This document shows, piece by piece, positions 21,525 to 32,198 of a stretch of DNA of 64,000 nucleotides. Both the position numbers and the translations under genes were made by a program. The notes under the pieces were generated by a model. It was not told the origin of the DNA. It searched no databases and saw nothing but the letters and a program-made list of their open reading frames with translations. Position 1 is the first letter of the stretch. Each line of letters starts with the position of its first letter. Origin of the DNA: Bdellovibrionales bacterium (GTDB lineage: Bacteria; Bdellovibrionota; Bdellovibrionia; Bdellovibrionales; JAUICD01). Location of the stretch: NCBI GenBank assembly GCA_965262715.1, contig OZ253553.1, forward strand, positions 1,280,001-1,344,000, written 5' to 3'.

Positions 21525-22517
21525 ATGATAACCAGATATTTATTTTCAACTTTATGCATTTTAGGGCTCATTGCTCTATCCATCAGCGGAATTGCCTGCT
21601 CCCAAAGAGCAAATACTCCATACTATTACGGCTATGGCCCTGCAGGTTCAGGTAATCCAGGATTTCCTAATCCTTATGGTCCTTACACACCACAATCATG
21701 TCATCCTAATGATCCCAATTGTAATTATGGTTACGATGATGACTATGATGATGATTATAGTTATGATTATGATGATGATTATGATGAATGTGATCATAAT
21801 GATCCTGACTTTCAAAATCCAAATTGTATTTTCTGGTCAGATTCTGGAGCCACTGCTGCATTAGCTCAGACCAATGCTTTTGAGGATTTTGCTGATATTA
21901 TGGATCTGAATACAGATCATATAGACAACATCCAGTTCAATCTATCTGTTTCTAATGTAGGCACAAGTGCAAACCCCTTATATGGAGGAACTATCAACAT
22001 AGGTTTCTATAATGAAGCAGATGATGACGTCAATAAAGTAAAAGGTGAAGCTAGTTTAAGTGCTGACCAAGTCCCTTACAATCACTGGGTCTTACATGAC
22101 AAACACTATATTAAGTTATTTTTTGAAGTCAAAGGCGGAGCCTTTATCGTAGTCGCCCACGCTAGCGGAGATAGTCAATTATTAACAGGAGATATTTATT
22201 TTAAAGAGTTTAATAGCAGACTATGCGCCATCTCAAATACATGGCCATGGTATGGCTGCGGTAAAGCTGACTTTTACAGAGGTGGAAATCATTGTTGGAA
22301 CCTACCTTATGCAGATAACCACTTTGATGATGCTGGCTTTAATGTACATGATTGCCGTGCCTTCCTTGTAGATAAAGACAGAGATAATGGAGAGCATGCT
22401 AGAGTAGATACAAGCTCAAGTATTCATCCTGGAATAACAACTTATGGCAGCTATAGATCCATTGGCAGCTTCCAATATTTAGTTCCACAAGACGCTGGGA
22501 TCACTCTACCTCAGTAG
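21525..22517 (+). CDS. Lipoprotein with Tyr/Asp-rich tract and several Cys
   Basis: Lipobox GIAC; YDDDYDDDYSYDYDDDYDEC tract. Confidence 0.8.
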   Translation: MITRYLFSTLCILGLIALSISGIACSQRANTPYYYGYGPAGSGNPGFPNPYGPYTPQSCHPNDPNCNYGYDDDYDDDYSYDYDDDYDECDHNDPDFQNPNCIFWSDSGATAALAQTNAFEDFADIMDLNTDHIDNIQFNLSVSNVGTSANPLYGGTINIGFYNEADDDVNKVKGEASLSADQVPYNHWVLHDKHYIKLFFEVKGGAFIVVAHASGDSQLLTGDIYFKEFNSRLCAISNTWPWYGCGKADFYRGGNHCWNLPYADNHFDDAGFNVHDCRAFLVDKDRDNGEHARVDTSSSIHPGITTYGSYRSIGSFQYLVPQDAGITLPQ

Positions 22518-22599
22518 ATAGGAAGAAAAGATAAAAAAGAAATAAAAAAACATAAGAAAATGATTGAATACAGGTTTTAAAAATAGAAGGAGCTAAGCA

Positions 22600-23379
22600 A
22601 TGAAGCACTCAATAATTGATAATTTAAAAAGACAAATAAAACTTCTAAGCAAATCTCTGCTTACCAGCACAGATACAACAAGATGTTTTAAAAGAGTTTC
22701 ATTAGGATTACTTGCTATTTTTGTTTTATCTTCTGCTGTAGTGGGTTGTGGATTAAATAAAGGATCTCGATTTGGCTCTAATGGTTATGACCGCTTTGGC
22801 GGTGGTTATCGACATGTCTTCGGCCAAAACATGCCAGGACACATTATAGACACAGCATCTGGATACAATATGAACAGACATCAAATCCAGTTAGAATTCA
22901 GAAGAGTCGGTTCCTCACAAGGCTATGATTTTAACCATGTTAATTCAAGAAGTGGTCTTATTGACATTCAAGGTGAAGTCATTTTCAGTGACTCTATCAA
23001 TTCTAGTTACTATACTCATGCTGGCTATAGCGGAGGTTATGGTGGAGGATATGGTCATCAAGATCCAAGATCTGCTGGTGGTTATGGTTATGACCCTTGT
23101 TATATACAACCTGATCAATATTTAAGAGTTTCCCTAGACCCTCAGTTTGGTTTTGCCCAAATGGAAAGTAATGACTTTGGTAATTATGAACTTCTCGCTC
23201 AAGGTCAATATGGAGAATTAATTAGACTATCTCCTGTTAATCCTATGGTTGGAGCAAGCTTTCTTCTTGGACATAACAGTCCTAATGGTGAAGTCAATGT
23301 ATTTATGGACGTGATTGTTCAAAGAATAGACGCTCCTGATGCTTATTGTCCTGAAAGACGAGTGACTTTTGGTTCTTAA
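22600..23379 (+). CDS. Gly/Tyr-rich lipoprotein
   Basis: Lipobox VVGC after a long leader, AGGAG RBS, GGY repeats. Confidence 0.75.
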   Translation: MKHSIIDNLKRQIKLLSKSLLTSTDTTRCFKRVSLGLLAIFVLSSAVVGCGLNKGSRFGSNGYDRFGGGYRHVFGQNMPGHIIDTASGYNMNRHQIQLEFRRVGSSQGYDFNHVNSRSGLIDIQGEVIFSDSINSSYYTHAGYSGGYGGGYGHQDPRSAGGYGYDPCYIQPDQYLRVSLDPQFGFAQMESNDFGNYELLAQGQYGELIRLSPVNPMVGASFLLGHNSPNGEVNVFMDVIVQRIDAPDAYCPERRVTFGS

Positions 23380-23569
23380 TTTGATCTTTAAGATTTTATA
23401 ACTTGATCTTAGGCATTAAGTGCATGTAAATATGACTATCAAGACATTTTTTTTGTAAGAGATAGTATGATGATATTTAATTTGCACTATTTTCTAAAAA
23501 AAGATAATCAAAAGTTTCCAGGCTTTTTGCCTTTTAAATCTATCAAGCGCATTAAGAAAGGCAATTCTA

Positions 23570-24532
23570 ATGGCTTTTGAGAAGCATCTAAAGAAGTCCT
23601 CTCTAGAAAAACAGACTTTACCACTGCTTGATGTGTTTTTAAATAACTTAAAATGCTCTACCAATACACGACTTGCTTACAAGCAAGACCTATCTATTTA
23701 CGGGGAATTTGTACTTACTCCAAATAGCAATAATATTAAAGATTTTATTCTTTTTATGAACAGACGTGGATTAAGTCCAAGATCACAAGCTAGAGTTATC
23801 AGTAGTTTAAAAAAATATTTTAAGTTTTTACGCGCAAATCAAATTCAACATCAAGATTATAAGGAGTTTTGGAGTGAGTTTTATCGTTTTTCCACGCCGT
23901 ATATACCACCACCCCAAGTTCTCACTATCGATGTTTTTGAAAAACTCTATAAAGCCTGCAAGGCAGATTCACCTTTTAAGTCAATAAGAAATCAAATTAC
24001 ACTCCTTATGCTGTTTGATTTAGGCCTTCGAGTCACTCAACTGATAAACCTTAATTTACAAGATTTTAATACAGATAAAAATGTGATGAGAATTCTAAAA
24101 AAAGACAATCAAAAGGAACATACTATCCCTCTTTCCCATCTCCTTTCACACCACTTAAAACTCTATCTTTCAAAATCACGAAAACACTTTAAACCAGATA
24201 AAAGTACAAATTCTATTTTACTCAATGATAAAGGTAAGCGTCCTAGTCGGATTGATCTTTGGCGTTGGCTCTCTATATGGTCAAAGGCTGCTGGACTTAA
24301 TGAAACAATTAGCCCTCAACAATTCCGCCATGGTTTTGCAGTAGCTTTATATAAATCCGGTGCTGATCTAAAATCTATTCAAAAATTATTGGGGCATTCT
24401 CGTCTGGAAAATACAAAAATTTATCAATCTGTCATTACAGATGAGGATGAAAGTGACCCACTCAAATTAGTGATAAACGATCATCATCCTCTTTCTAGAT
24501 CATCATTCTATAAATCTAAAAATTCTTTTTAA
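23570..24532 (+). CDS. XerC/XerD-like tyrosine recombinase (atypical)
   Basis: GLR, FRHGFA, GADLKSIQKLLGH and TKIY motifs. The HxxR His reads Gln. Confidence 0.85.
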   Translation: MAFEKHLKKSSLEKQTLPLLDVFLNNLKCSTNTRLAYKQDLSIYGEFVLTPNSNNIKDFILFMNRRGLSPRSQARVISSLKKYFKFLRANQIQHQDYKEFWSEFYRFSTPYIPPPQVLTIDVFEKLYKACKADSPFKSIRNQITLLMLFDLGLRVTQLINLNLQDFNTDKNVMRILKKDNQKEHTIPLSHLLSHHLKLYLSKSRKHFKPDKSTNSILLNDKGKRPSRIDLWRWLSIWSKAAGLNETISPQQFRHGFAVALYKSGADLKSIQKLLGHSRLENTKIYQSVITDEDESDPLKLVINDHHPLSRSSFYKSKNSF

Positions 24533-24538
24533 AACAAA

Positions 24539-24807
24539 CTAGTGGTTGTTTACATTTTGTGCTAAGTTCCTGAAGTTAAAGCGTATGGCAGGCTTCTTCC
24601 ATAGGCAACAGAGGGGCTTAAGTGCCTTGTATTGCTTTCACTTTATGCTTTTATTATAGATAAAATATTTTATACAAGCCTTATCTCCTAAGGTGCTGGC
24701 TGGAGGCCTATTCCAAAAGCTTGCCATACTCTTTTAACTATGAATGTCTATTGTATATAACACTAAAAAAGTCTAAAGTGAAACTTCGAAAGGTAAACAA
24801 CCCCTAG
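24539..24807. mobile_element. MITE shell (TIR GGTTGTTTAC, flanked by CTAG) containing a family C hairpin at 24581-24731
   Basis: ctag|tggttgtttac ... gtaaacaaccc|ctag. Confidence 0.65.
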
Positions 24808-24848
24808 TTAATTCAAAATATTTTTTGTACTTGTTTTTGAATAAATAA

Positions 24849-25556
24849 TTAAGAATCATCCAAACGATTCAAATTGTATCTAGAAGAAGGTTCACAAAGG
24901 CTATAGTCTCTTGTTGAACGATATTCAACAGAAGGAAATTCAAGATTGTGTGAAAATCCCATATCAATAAAAGAACAACCCATAACTCCAGACCAATAAC
25001 GAAGGATAAAATCAAAATTGGTATTAGAAGGATTTTTTATAACAGAAAACATATATCCCTTTGCAACAAAAATAGGTTGTAGTTGTTCTTCTTTAGAAAG
25101 AGAATTATTTAAATTATAAACAAGAACAGAAGAGACATGATCTTTTGATGTGTCCGGATTTTCTTCATTAGAGAAAAAAACAGAAGGGTATATGACAATT
25201 CTCCACTGCTTGATAATTGTCTGTTGCGACTTAGGAGGAGTCTTAGTGTTTTTGTGTTTTAATTGACCAGTAGGAATAAATCTTTTGATTTTTTCTTTAT
25301 TAGTTGTCCCAAATAAATAAACAGTCCGTCCATTTTTAGCTGTCAGCCAGTTCTCATCTGTCAAATCTGTTTTATAGAAATAGTTAGAAGTAGGTTCAAA
25401 AGAAGAAGTCTTCCAACTATACAAATAGGAAAGAAGAACAAAGGGAAATAAGAGAAAAAATATAAGTTTCATTTCTTTATTCAAAAATCTATTAATCTTT
25501 TTGTTAGTTTTTGGAATATAGTTATTCATAAACTTATCCTCGCCAAGATCAAGCAT
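24849..25556 (-). CDS. Hypothetical exported protein
   Basis: Hydrophobic leader MKLIFFLLFPFVLLSYLYS; true start uncertain. Confidence 0.65.
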   Translation of the reverse strand: MLDLGEDKFMNNYIPKTNKKINRFLNKEMKLIFFLLFPFVLLSYLYSWKTSSFEPTSNYFYKTDLTDENWLTAKNGRTVYLFGTTNKEKIKRFIPTGQLKHKNTKTPPKSQQTIIKQWRIVIYPSVFFSNEENPDTSKDHVSSVLVYNLNNSLSKEEQLQPIFVAKGYMFSVIKNPSNTNFDFILRYWSGVMGCSFIDMGFSHNLEFPSVEYRSTRDYSLCEPSSRYNLNRLDDS

Positions 25557-25715
25557 GGAAATCTTTTTTCAATTCTCTTTAAAGAACTTATCGATTGTGA
25601 GGTTAAAGTTTTGAGGTTTTTCTAGTATAAAAAACTATAACTGTAAGAGTTTTCCCTTGATGACTTCATAGTTCTATTTTAAAAGACTTTTACAGAAAAG
25701 CAAGTTATAATTCCC

Positions 25716-25983
25716 GAATCTTTTGAACATTAAAAATATCCAGCTTTAAAATCAATACCCTGAGGTTAGCTCTTTCCTCTTTTTATCATTAGCTCTTATC
25801 ACTTCTTATCTTATTGTTTATTTGGCTTTCAATATTTAATGTTTTCAAATAGAAGAATTGAACTTGAATGGTAATGATAAGTTTTAAGAAGCTGTGGAAA
25901 AGTAAAAACATTTTCCTTAACCTTGTGTAAAAAAATGAAGAGTATCTTGCTCCTAAAAATGGCTATTTTTTCTAGGCATTGCC
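25716..25983. repeat. Cluster of repeat remnants (inverted family D and partial family B)
   Basis: ttatcattagctcttatcac and tcaaatagaagaattgaact are reverse complements of sequence in 56530-56605. 25911-25983 is a reverse copy of the family B 3' half. Confidence 0.65.
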
Positions 25984-26181
25984 TGTTTTTCTGATTGCCC
26001 GCCTGCCAGATTAAAATAAGGACTTAATTTTAATAAGATATAGCTGAGAATTTCAATAATTTATCTCGAAACAGCAAAAACTCCTAGAATAGTTTTTTGG
26101 CTGCATTAGGCTTCGTTCACTTTATCATAAGAATTACTTATATCATGTTTGAAATTACTTTGTAAGTATCCTAGCCTATAA

Positions 26182-27214
26182 GTGCCTATGAGATTATTAC
26201 GTAAGGGGCATATTCTACTGGCTCATCTTATTTTTATAAGCATAGCTGTGTGCTTGTTTAAAAGTGCATTAGCTAAACATTCCTATCAAAGTCCTCACCC
26301 GCATTTAGAACCTATGATCCAAGATCTTCTTAATTTTTCTGGTTTGAATTGGCAGTCTATTTTGCCAACTGTAAGAGGCATACTTATAAAGAATTCAGAT
26401 TTAATAAAGAGCTTGCAAGAAAGTGAAACCCACAGTGATTTCTTACCTTATATTGCAGAATATGAAATCTTGAAAGGTTCGCCCATCAACCCTAATATTA
26501 GAATCTTTTTCTATGACGGATCAAAACTACCATTAAATCATATACATCAAATCAATACTTCACGCGGAGCTTGCTTCTCTGGATTGATTTTTGTATTCAT
26601 AAATATACGCTATTGGTCTACTACTAATTCTCGTATCATTTTAGACAGACAAACACACCATCTTATATTAGACCGTTATGCCAATGGAGGCCTACTCCTA
26701 TCAAATACATCACCACGATGGTATTTAGATGGAAATGCATATAGAAAACTGTCTTATGAAGAGAGAATTTTTTACAAACAAGAATCTACAATATTAGAAG
26801 AACAAAGAGAAGAAAGATTATCTGATATGCAAAAACTGGCGCGAAGGGATTTTCTCAGACACATTGATTTGTTTCATGAGTTAGGTCATTGTGATCTCAA
26901 CCGTGGACATGAGAATCATAATGATTCTATCATGGGCAAAAGTTTTACAAATCATATAGATGGAATTGTAAGTGAACAGTACCCTCATATTGATCTTAAT
27001 GATCTTTTTGATGATCTGCTTGATGAGTTTTTTTTCAAAAAGAGATACTAGATATACTATATATAATGATGTAAGTTGGTTCACATCTATTATGAATAGA
27101 TTCCGAAACAATTCTAACGAATCAGAACTTATAGACAATTTGCGTAGATCCCTCCAAGATATTAACGACCTCAACAGTGTAAGAGTTACAGACAATGAAA
27201 GGACTACAAACTAA
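26182..27214 (+). CDS. Secreted metzincin-like Zn metalloprotease, frameshifted near 27028-27035
   Basis: HELGHCDLNRGH plus a SIM Met-turn. Removing one T from the T8 run joins ORF 26182-27051 to 26972-27214 (DEFFSKRDTRY...). Confidence 0.7.
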
Positions 27215-27392
27215 AATAAAGCTCATTATCTCACTTATTGATTTTCCACTTTTCAAAAGTACTGAAAGCTGATATCGTTCTCTTTGGATTATGTAGCTCA
27301 TGGGATGCTCTTTTGTTCTTGAAGAATAAGAGGACTTTTCCAACTCTTCTTAAAAAACTATCTAAGAGGTTACACTTGCTACTTAAACCTAC
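27195..27392 (-). mobile_element. IS30-family remnant
   Basis: MSY..QRERYQLSVLLKSGKSISEI (ATG at 27301) resembles the IS30 N-terminal HTH. End-like sequence gtaggtttaagtagcaagtgtaac. Confidence 0.6.
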
Positions 27393-27412
27393 TTAATAAA
27401 GGAATCACTAAA

Positions 27413-27820
27413 GTGACAACAAAACCTATACGAGTTTTACTAGCTAAACCTGGTTTAGATGGACATGATCGAGGGATAAAAATCGTTGCAAAAGCTCTAA
27501 GAGATGAAGGATTCGAGGTTATCTATACAGGCCTTCATCAAACCACACAGATGATTGCTATGGCCGCCTTGCAAGAAGACGTCGATGTGATTGGCCTCTC
27601 AATACACTCTGGAGCGCATATTTCTATCATCAAGTCTCTACAAGAAGAAATGCAAGACCTTAAGTTAAAAAAACCTATATTTGTAGGAGGTATCATTCCA
27701 GAAGACGATACAAGCACACTCCTTAATATGGGGGTAACAAAGGTTTTTGGTCCAGGCACTCCTCTCAAACACATTACTAAAACCACTAAAGATTTAGCAT
27801 CCCACAACCTAACCTCTTAA
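27413..27820 (+). CDS. Methylmalonyl-CoA mutase-type cobalamin-binding subunit
   Basis: AKPGLDGHDRG, GLSIHSGAH and VGGIIP motifs. Confidence 0.93.
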   Translation: MTTKPIRVLLAKPGLDGHDRGIKIVAKALRDEGFEVIYTGLHQTTQMIAMAALQEDVDVIGLSIHSGAHISIIKSLQEEMQDLKLKKPIFVGGIIPEDDTSTLLNMGVTKVFGPGTPLKHITKTTKDLASHNLTS

Positions 27821-27833
27821 AGGCATTTAAAAT

Positions 27834-28931
27834 ATGAGTTTAAAATGTGGAATCGTTGGCTTACCTAATGTTGGAAAAAGCACCCTATTTAATGCTCTTA
27901 CCAAAGCTCAAGTTGCTAGTGCCAACTATCCTTTTTGCACAATTGAACCTCATGTTGGAGTGGTGACAGTTCCTGATCCTCGTTTAAATAAAATTGCTCA
28001 AATTATGAGCTCTCAAAAAATCATCCCAACCACAATTGAGTTTGTAGATATCGCAGGATTGGTTGAGGGCGCAAGTCAAGGACAGGGGCTTGGAAATAAG
28101 TTTTTAAGTCATATCAGGCAAACTCATGCTATTATTCATACTGTAAGATGCTTTGAAGATGATGACATAACTCATGTCCATGGAAAAATAGATCCAGAAC
28201 ATGACACTTCTATTATAGAAACCGAACTCTTACTAGCCGATTTGGAAGTTGTAGAAAAACGCCTTTCGAAATTAAAAAAAGAAAGCAAAGGAAGAGGTCT
28301 TACTTCTCTAAAACAAAAAGAGATAGAATGCATGGAGATTGCCTATCAACTCTTAAAAGAAGGAAAACCTATATTTACAGCTCCTATTGAAATGAGAGAT
28401 GACTTAAAAAATTTAGATCTTCTTACTGCTAAACCCACCCTCTATGTGTGCAATGTCTCTGAAGATGACCTGATGAACTCAAAGAACAAAGGTGTGGAAT
28501 TTGTTATAAATAAAGCAAAAAAAGAAAAAAATCAGGTGGTATTGATTTGTTCTAAATTAGAAGAAGAAATGATGCAGCTAACACCGGCAGAACAATCTGA
28601 ATTCTTACAATCAATAGGATTAGATCAAATAGGGCTACATCGCCTTATATTAGAGGCCTATAAGTTGCTTCATCTTATAACCTTTTTTACAGCAGGACCT
28701 AAAGAAACAAGAGCATGGACTATCGAAAGAGGAACTCTCGCTCCACAAGCTGCTGGAAAGATTCACTCAGATTTTGAAAAAGGGTTTATTCGCGCAGAAG
28801 TTTATACTTGTCAGGACCTGTTTGAACTTAAGTCAGAGATAGCCATAAAAGAACATGGCCACTACCGATCTGAAGGCAAAGACTATATCGTCAAAGATGG
28901 CGATATTCTGCTTATAAGATCAAATGTCTAA
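27834..28931 (+). CDS. ychF: Redox-regulated ATPase YchF
   Basis: GIVGLPNVGKSTLFNALT, ANYPFCTIEP and TGS domain. Confidence 0.97.
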   Translation: MSLKCGIVGLPNVGKSTLFNALTKAQVASANYPFCTIEPHVGVVTVPDPRLNKIAQIMSSQKIIPTTIEFVDIAGLVEGASQGQGLGNKFLSHIRQTHAIIHTVRCFEDDDITHVHGKIDPEHDTSIIETELLLADLEVVEKRLSKLKKESKGRGLTSLKQKEIECMEIAYQLLKEGKPIFTAPIEMRDDLKNLDLLTAKPTLYVCNVSEDDLMNSKNKGVEFVINKAKKEKNQVVLICSKLEEEMMQLTPAEQSEFLQSIGLDQIGLHRLILEAYKLLHLITFFTAGPKETRAWTIERGTLAPQAAGKIHSDFEKGFIRAEVYTCQDLFELKSEIAIKEHGHYRSEGKDYIVKDGDILLIRSNV

Positions 28932-29033
28932 GCCCTGCCTTTATTCCATTTTTTCATATACCCTTCTTTAGTCCTTAAGGATGGTTTTTTTTCTCTTTGG
29001 CAGTTAGAATAAGTTTAAAGAAACGAGGAATAA

Positions 29034-31064
29034 ATGTCTATTTGGACCAAACGACTTTTAGTTTTCAGCATAATACTTCTATTTCATCTAGGAATTGTTT
29101 TTGCTCAAAAAAATGATGATATTGACAGTGATTTTGATGAAAGCCTATCAGAAGAATTAGCAGATGGATTTGATGATCTAGAAGCAGCCGACCAGGAAGA
29201 GTTTGGAACTCCAAAAGCTGCCACTCAAACAGAAGAAGACCTTATCAGTGAAGAGTTTGATAACTTAGAAGAAGAGGAAGCTATTGCAGATGATAAAAAG
29301 ATACAGCCCACCAAAAAAGGAGTCGTAGCTAAAGATAAACTACAAGAACCAACAGATGAAGATTTAGATGCAGAGTTTCGTCCAGACGAATTAGAAAGAG
29401 AGGAAGTCGATGGCGGAGTTATTGCTGAAACACCTGAAAAAGTAGAACAAATAGACCAAGAGCTTGAACAAGAACTTAGAGAAGACAAATTAGAACAAGA
29501 GGAAGTGGCAGATACAAAACAACCAGAAGACATGATCGTAGAAGAAGAGCCTATACTAGAGCAAACTATTGCTGAAGAAGAAGAAACTGATCTCGTTCAA
29601 CAAGCAGATGAAACTGAAGAAGATGTGATAGAAGAACCTATTGTTGAAGAAAAAGCAGAAGAGATAGAAGAAGCACCTATTGCTGAAGAAGAACCTGAAA
29701 TAGAAGATGTTGAAGAACAACAAATTGAACTGACTGAACAGCTAGAGACTGAACAACCAGAGCTTGAACAGCCTGAACAGTTAGAAGAAATTCAAGAAGA
29801 ACCTGAAAGCTTAGTTTTAATCTCAGCTGAACCAAATATAGAATTAGAGAGATTTTTAGATCGTATTTTTAAAACCAACTCTGACCGTCTCTCAGATGAG
29901 AGATGGCTTCAAATCACACAGTCTATACAAGAAGACACCTATCGTATTCAAGTAGGTGACACTCTCTGGGATATCAGTGTTACATTCTTTGGTAATGGAC
30001 ATTTTTGGCCAAAACTTTGGCAGCTTAATAATGCTATCACGAATCCCCATCTTATTTATCCAGGACAATTTTTGCGATTTATTTCAGGTGGTGTAGAAAC
30101 CACACCTTATATTGAAGTCACAGATGTTCAGCAAGAGGAGCAAGAACAAAAAGATCAAGAAGTGCAACAACAAGTAGCTGATATTGAAGATGACATAGAA
30201 GAAGGAGAGATTGAAGAAGAAGATAGCGTACTTGAAATTGAAAAACCTATTATCCCTCCACGCGTAAGATCAAAGGCTGTCCTCAAAGAACTACCTAAAA
30301 GCCTTTTGAACTCTGACTTAAACTTAGATAAAATGTTTGGTAGCTTATCTGATAGAAATAAAATAACTATAGAATCTGTAACTCCTAAAGCCACTGGCAC
30401 TTATATTCAAGCTTTTCATTTTTTATCAGAGCGTCCGCCAAGATCATTAGGAAAAATCGTTGATGTGGAACAGTGGCATCAATTAGCCTCTTTAAGACAA
30501 CATATTTATATTCAATCCCCTAATTTAAGTATCGGAAGCAGATATATAGTATTTAAGAAAAAACATAGTGTGAGAAACCCAAGAACAGGTAGAAGATTAG
30601 GAAATACTATCGAACTCCAAGGAGAAGTCGAAGTCATTCAACGAATGCCCTATCCAAGAAATATCTATAAAGCAATCGTAAGAAAACAAAACACACCTGT
30701 GGAAGAAGGTAGTCATATAGGACTTATAAGTATCCCTCGTGTTAAATTAAACCTAGAAGGCCGAGAGTCAAACATAAGAGCCGAAGTTGTTGGAGGAGGA
30801 AGCACTGCAGATCCTCAAATATTACTTGCGAGGTATTCTTTTGTCTTTCTAGATAAAGGCAGCCGATCAGGAATTTCTGTAGGAGATATCCTAACAGTCT
30901 TAAGAAATCAATCTGTTAGAGCAGATAAATCACGTTTTGTCCAAGGGGATAGACCTCCAATTGCTAAAGTCAAGGTGGCTAGAGTAACACCAGAGACAAC
31001 TACAGCCTTTATCGTTCAATCAGATGCTGAGGTCCTTGTTGGCGATTACACTAAGGGAAGATAA
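29034..31064 (+). CDS. LysM peptidoglycan-binding protein (TsaP-like) with a long acidic N-terminal region
   Basis: YRIQVGDTLWDIS...WPKLWQLN..ITNPHLIYPGQ and C-terminal FVFLDKG...G.SVGD. Confidence 0.85.
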   Translation: MSIWTKRLLVFSIILLFHLGIVFAQKNDDIDSDFDESLSEELADGFDDLEAADQEEFGTPKAATQTEEDLISEEFDNLEEEEAIADDKKIQPTKKGVVAKDKLQEPTDEDLDAEFRPDELEREEVDGGVIAETPEKVEQIDQELEQELREDKLEQEEVADTKQPEDMIVEEEPILEQTIAEEEETDLVQQADETEEDVIEEPIVEEKAEEIEEAPIAEEEPEIEDVEEQQIELTEQLETEQPELEQPEQLEEIQEEPESLVLISAEPNIELERFLDRIFKTNSDRLSDERWLQITQSIQEDTYRIQVGDTLWDISVTFFGNGHFWPKLWQLNNAITNPHLIYPGQFLRFISGGVETTPYIEVTDVQQEEQEQKDQEVQQQVADIEDDIEEGEIEEEDSVLEIEKPIIPPRVRSKAVLKELPKSLLNSDLNLDKMFGSLSDRNKITIESVTPKATGTYIQAFHFLSERPPRSLGKIVDVEQWHQLASLRQHIYIQSPNLSIGSRYIVFKKKHSVRNPRTGRRLGNTIELQGEVEVIQRMPYPRNIYKAIVRKQNTPVEEGSHIGLISIPRVKLNLEGRESNIRAEVVGGGSTADPQILLARYSFVFLDKGSRSGISVGDILTVLRNQSVRADKSRFVQGDRPPIAKVKVARVTPETTTAFIVQSDAEVLVGDYTKGR

Positions 31065-31089
31065 CTTCTGAAACTTCAAGATAATACTT

Positions 31090-31347
31090 GAAGCGATCTC
31101 AAAAATGCTAGGTCTACTATTTGAACTTACCTTAATGTAAGACCATAGAGTTATGGCAGACTTCTTCCATAAGCAACCAGTCAACCCAAAGTGCCTTGTA
31201 TTGCTGTCATTTTATAATTTTATTATAGAATAAAGTATTTTAATGAAAATTTTATTTCTTGAGGCACTGGCCTTACGCTTATTCCAAGCCTGCCATAACT
31301 CTATCTCAATATTGCAAAATGCAAAACTTATTTTGTCAGACCGCTTC
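31090..31347. mobile_element. Family A MITE shell containing a family C hairpin at 31146-31303
   Basis: gaagcgatctcaaaa ... ttttgtcagaccgcttc ends; inner agagttatggcag ... ctgccataactct. Confidence 0.65.
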
Positions 31348-31355
31348 TTCTAATC

Positions 31356-31970
31356 TTATGGAGAAAGGATCTTTTTTTGCCATATATTTTTTTTTGGTTT
31401 TTCTTTATCTAATACAAATGTCATTCGATGATTCAATCGATCCTTCTCTCCAATCCAAAATTCAAAATAATAAGGCTGTACTTGAAACCCTCCCCAGTGT
31501 AGAGGTCTTGGAACAACTTGAGGGTATTTTTTTTGAAATTTTTGAATACGAGCTTTTAATTCCTCTCGATTTACAATCTCTTGGCTTTGCTGAGAAGCCC
31601 ATGCGCCAATCTGACTCCCATAAGAACGTGAGGCGAAATAAATATCTGACTGCTCAGATGTTACTTTTGCAGCCCGGCCATTAATTCTTATTTGCCTCTG
31701 TGGGAAATCAGAATAGAAAAGTAAAGCCACATGAGGATTCTCTTGAATGTTCTTAGATTTCTGACTTTGATAATTTGTGTAAAAAGTGAACCCTGAATCT
31801 GAAATCTCTTTTAAAAGAACTACGCGAACTGAAGGAATACCTTTCTTACTAGATGTCACTAAGGTCATCGCAGTAGGTTCAGATAATTTTAATTTTTGGA
31901 TATCTTGATACCATATTTTAAAAATATCAAAGGGATCAGTACAGTTATAGAAATACTCTAGATCCTTCAT
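31356..31970 (-). CDS. pdxH: Pyridoxamine 5'-phosphate oxidase
   Basis: PSVRVVLLK, FYTNYQSQK, SQIGAWASQQS and FEFW motifs. Confidence 0.95.
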   Translation of the reverse strand: MKDLEYFYNCTDPFDIFKIWYQDIQKLKLSEPTAMTLVTSSKKGIPSVRVVLLKEISDSGFTFYTNYQSQKSKNIQENPHVALLFYSDFPQRQIRINGRAAKVTSEQSDIYFASRSYGSQIGAWASQQSQEIVNREELKARIQKFQKKYPQVVPRPLHWGGFQVQPYYFEFWIGEKDRLNHRMTFVLDKEKPKKNIWQKKILSP

Positions 31971-32198
31971 AACATATAAACCCTCAAAGTCCCTATTTTT
32001 AGCGGTGGAAGATTGAAAAATTTTCCTGAGCCTAGTCTAAGGATTTATTTTAAAATAGTCAATTGTTACCTTCATCTTGACACCATGCTTGTCATCACCA
32101 TTGGTATTTCTTTTAGACTCATAACTAGTACTACATTGGCAAGTTAATGGTTTTGTATGGCTTTGTTGCACAAACATTTTGCGTAGAAGTTACATAAC

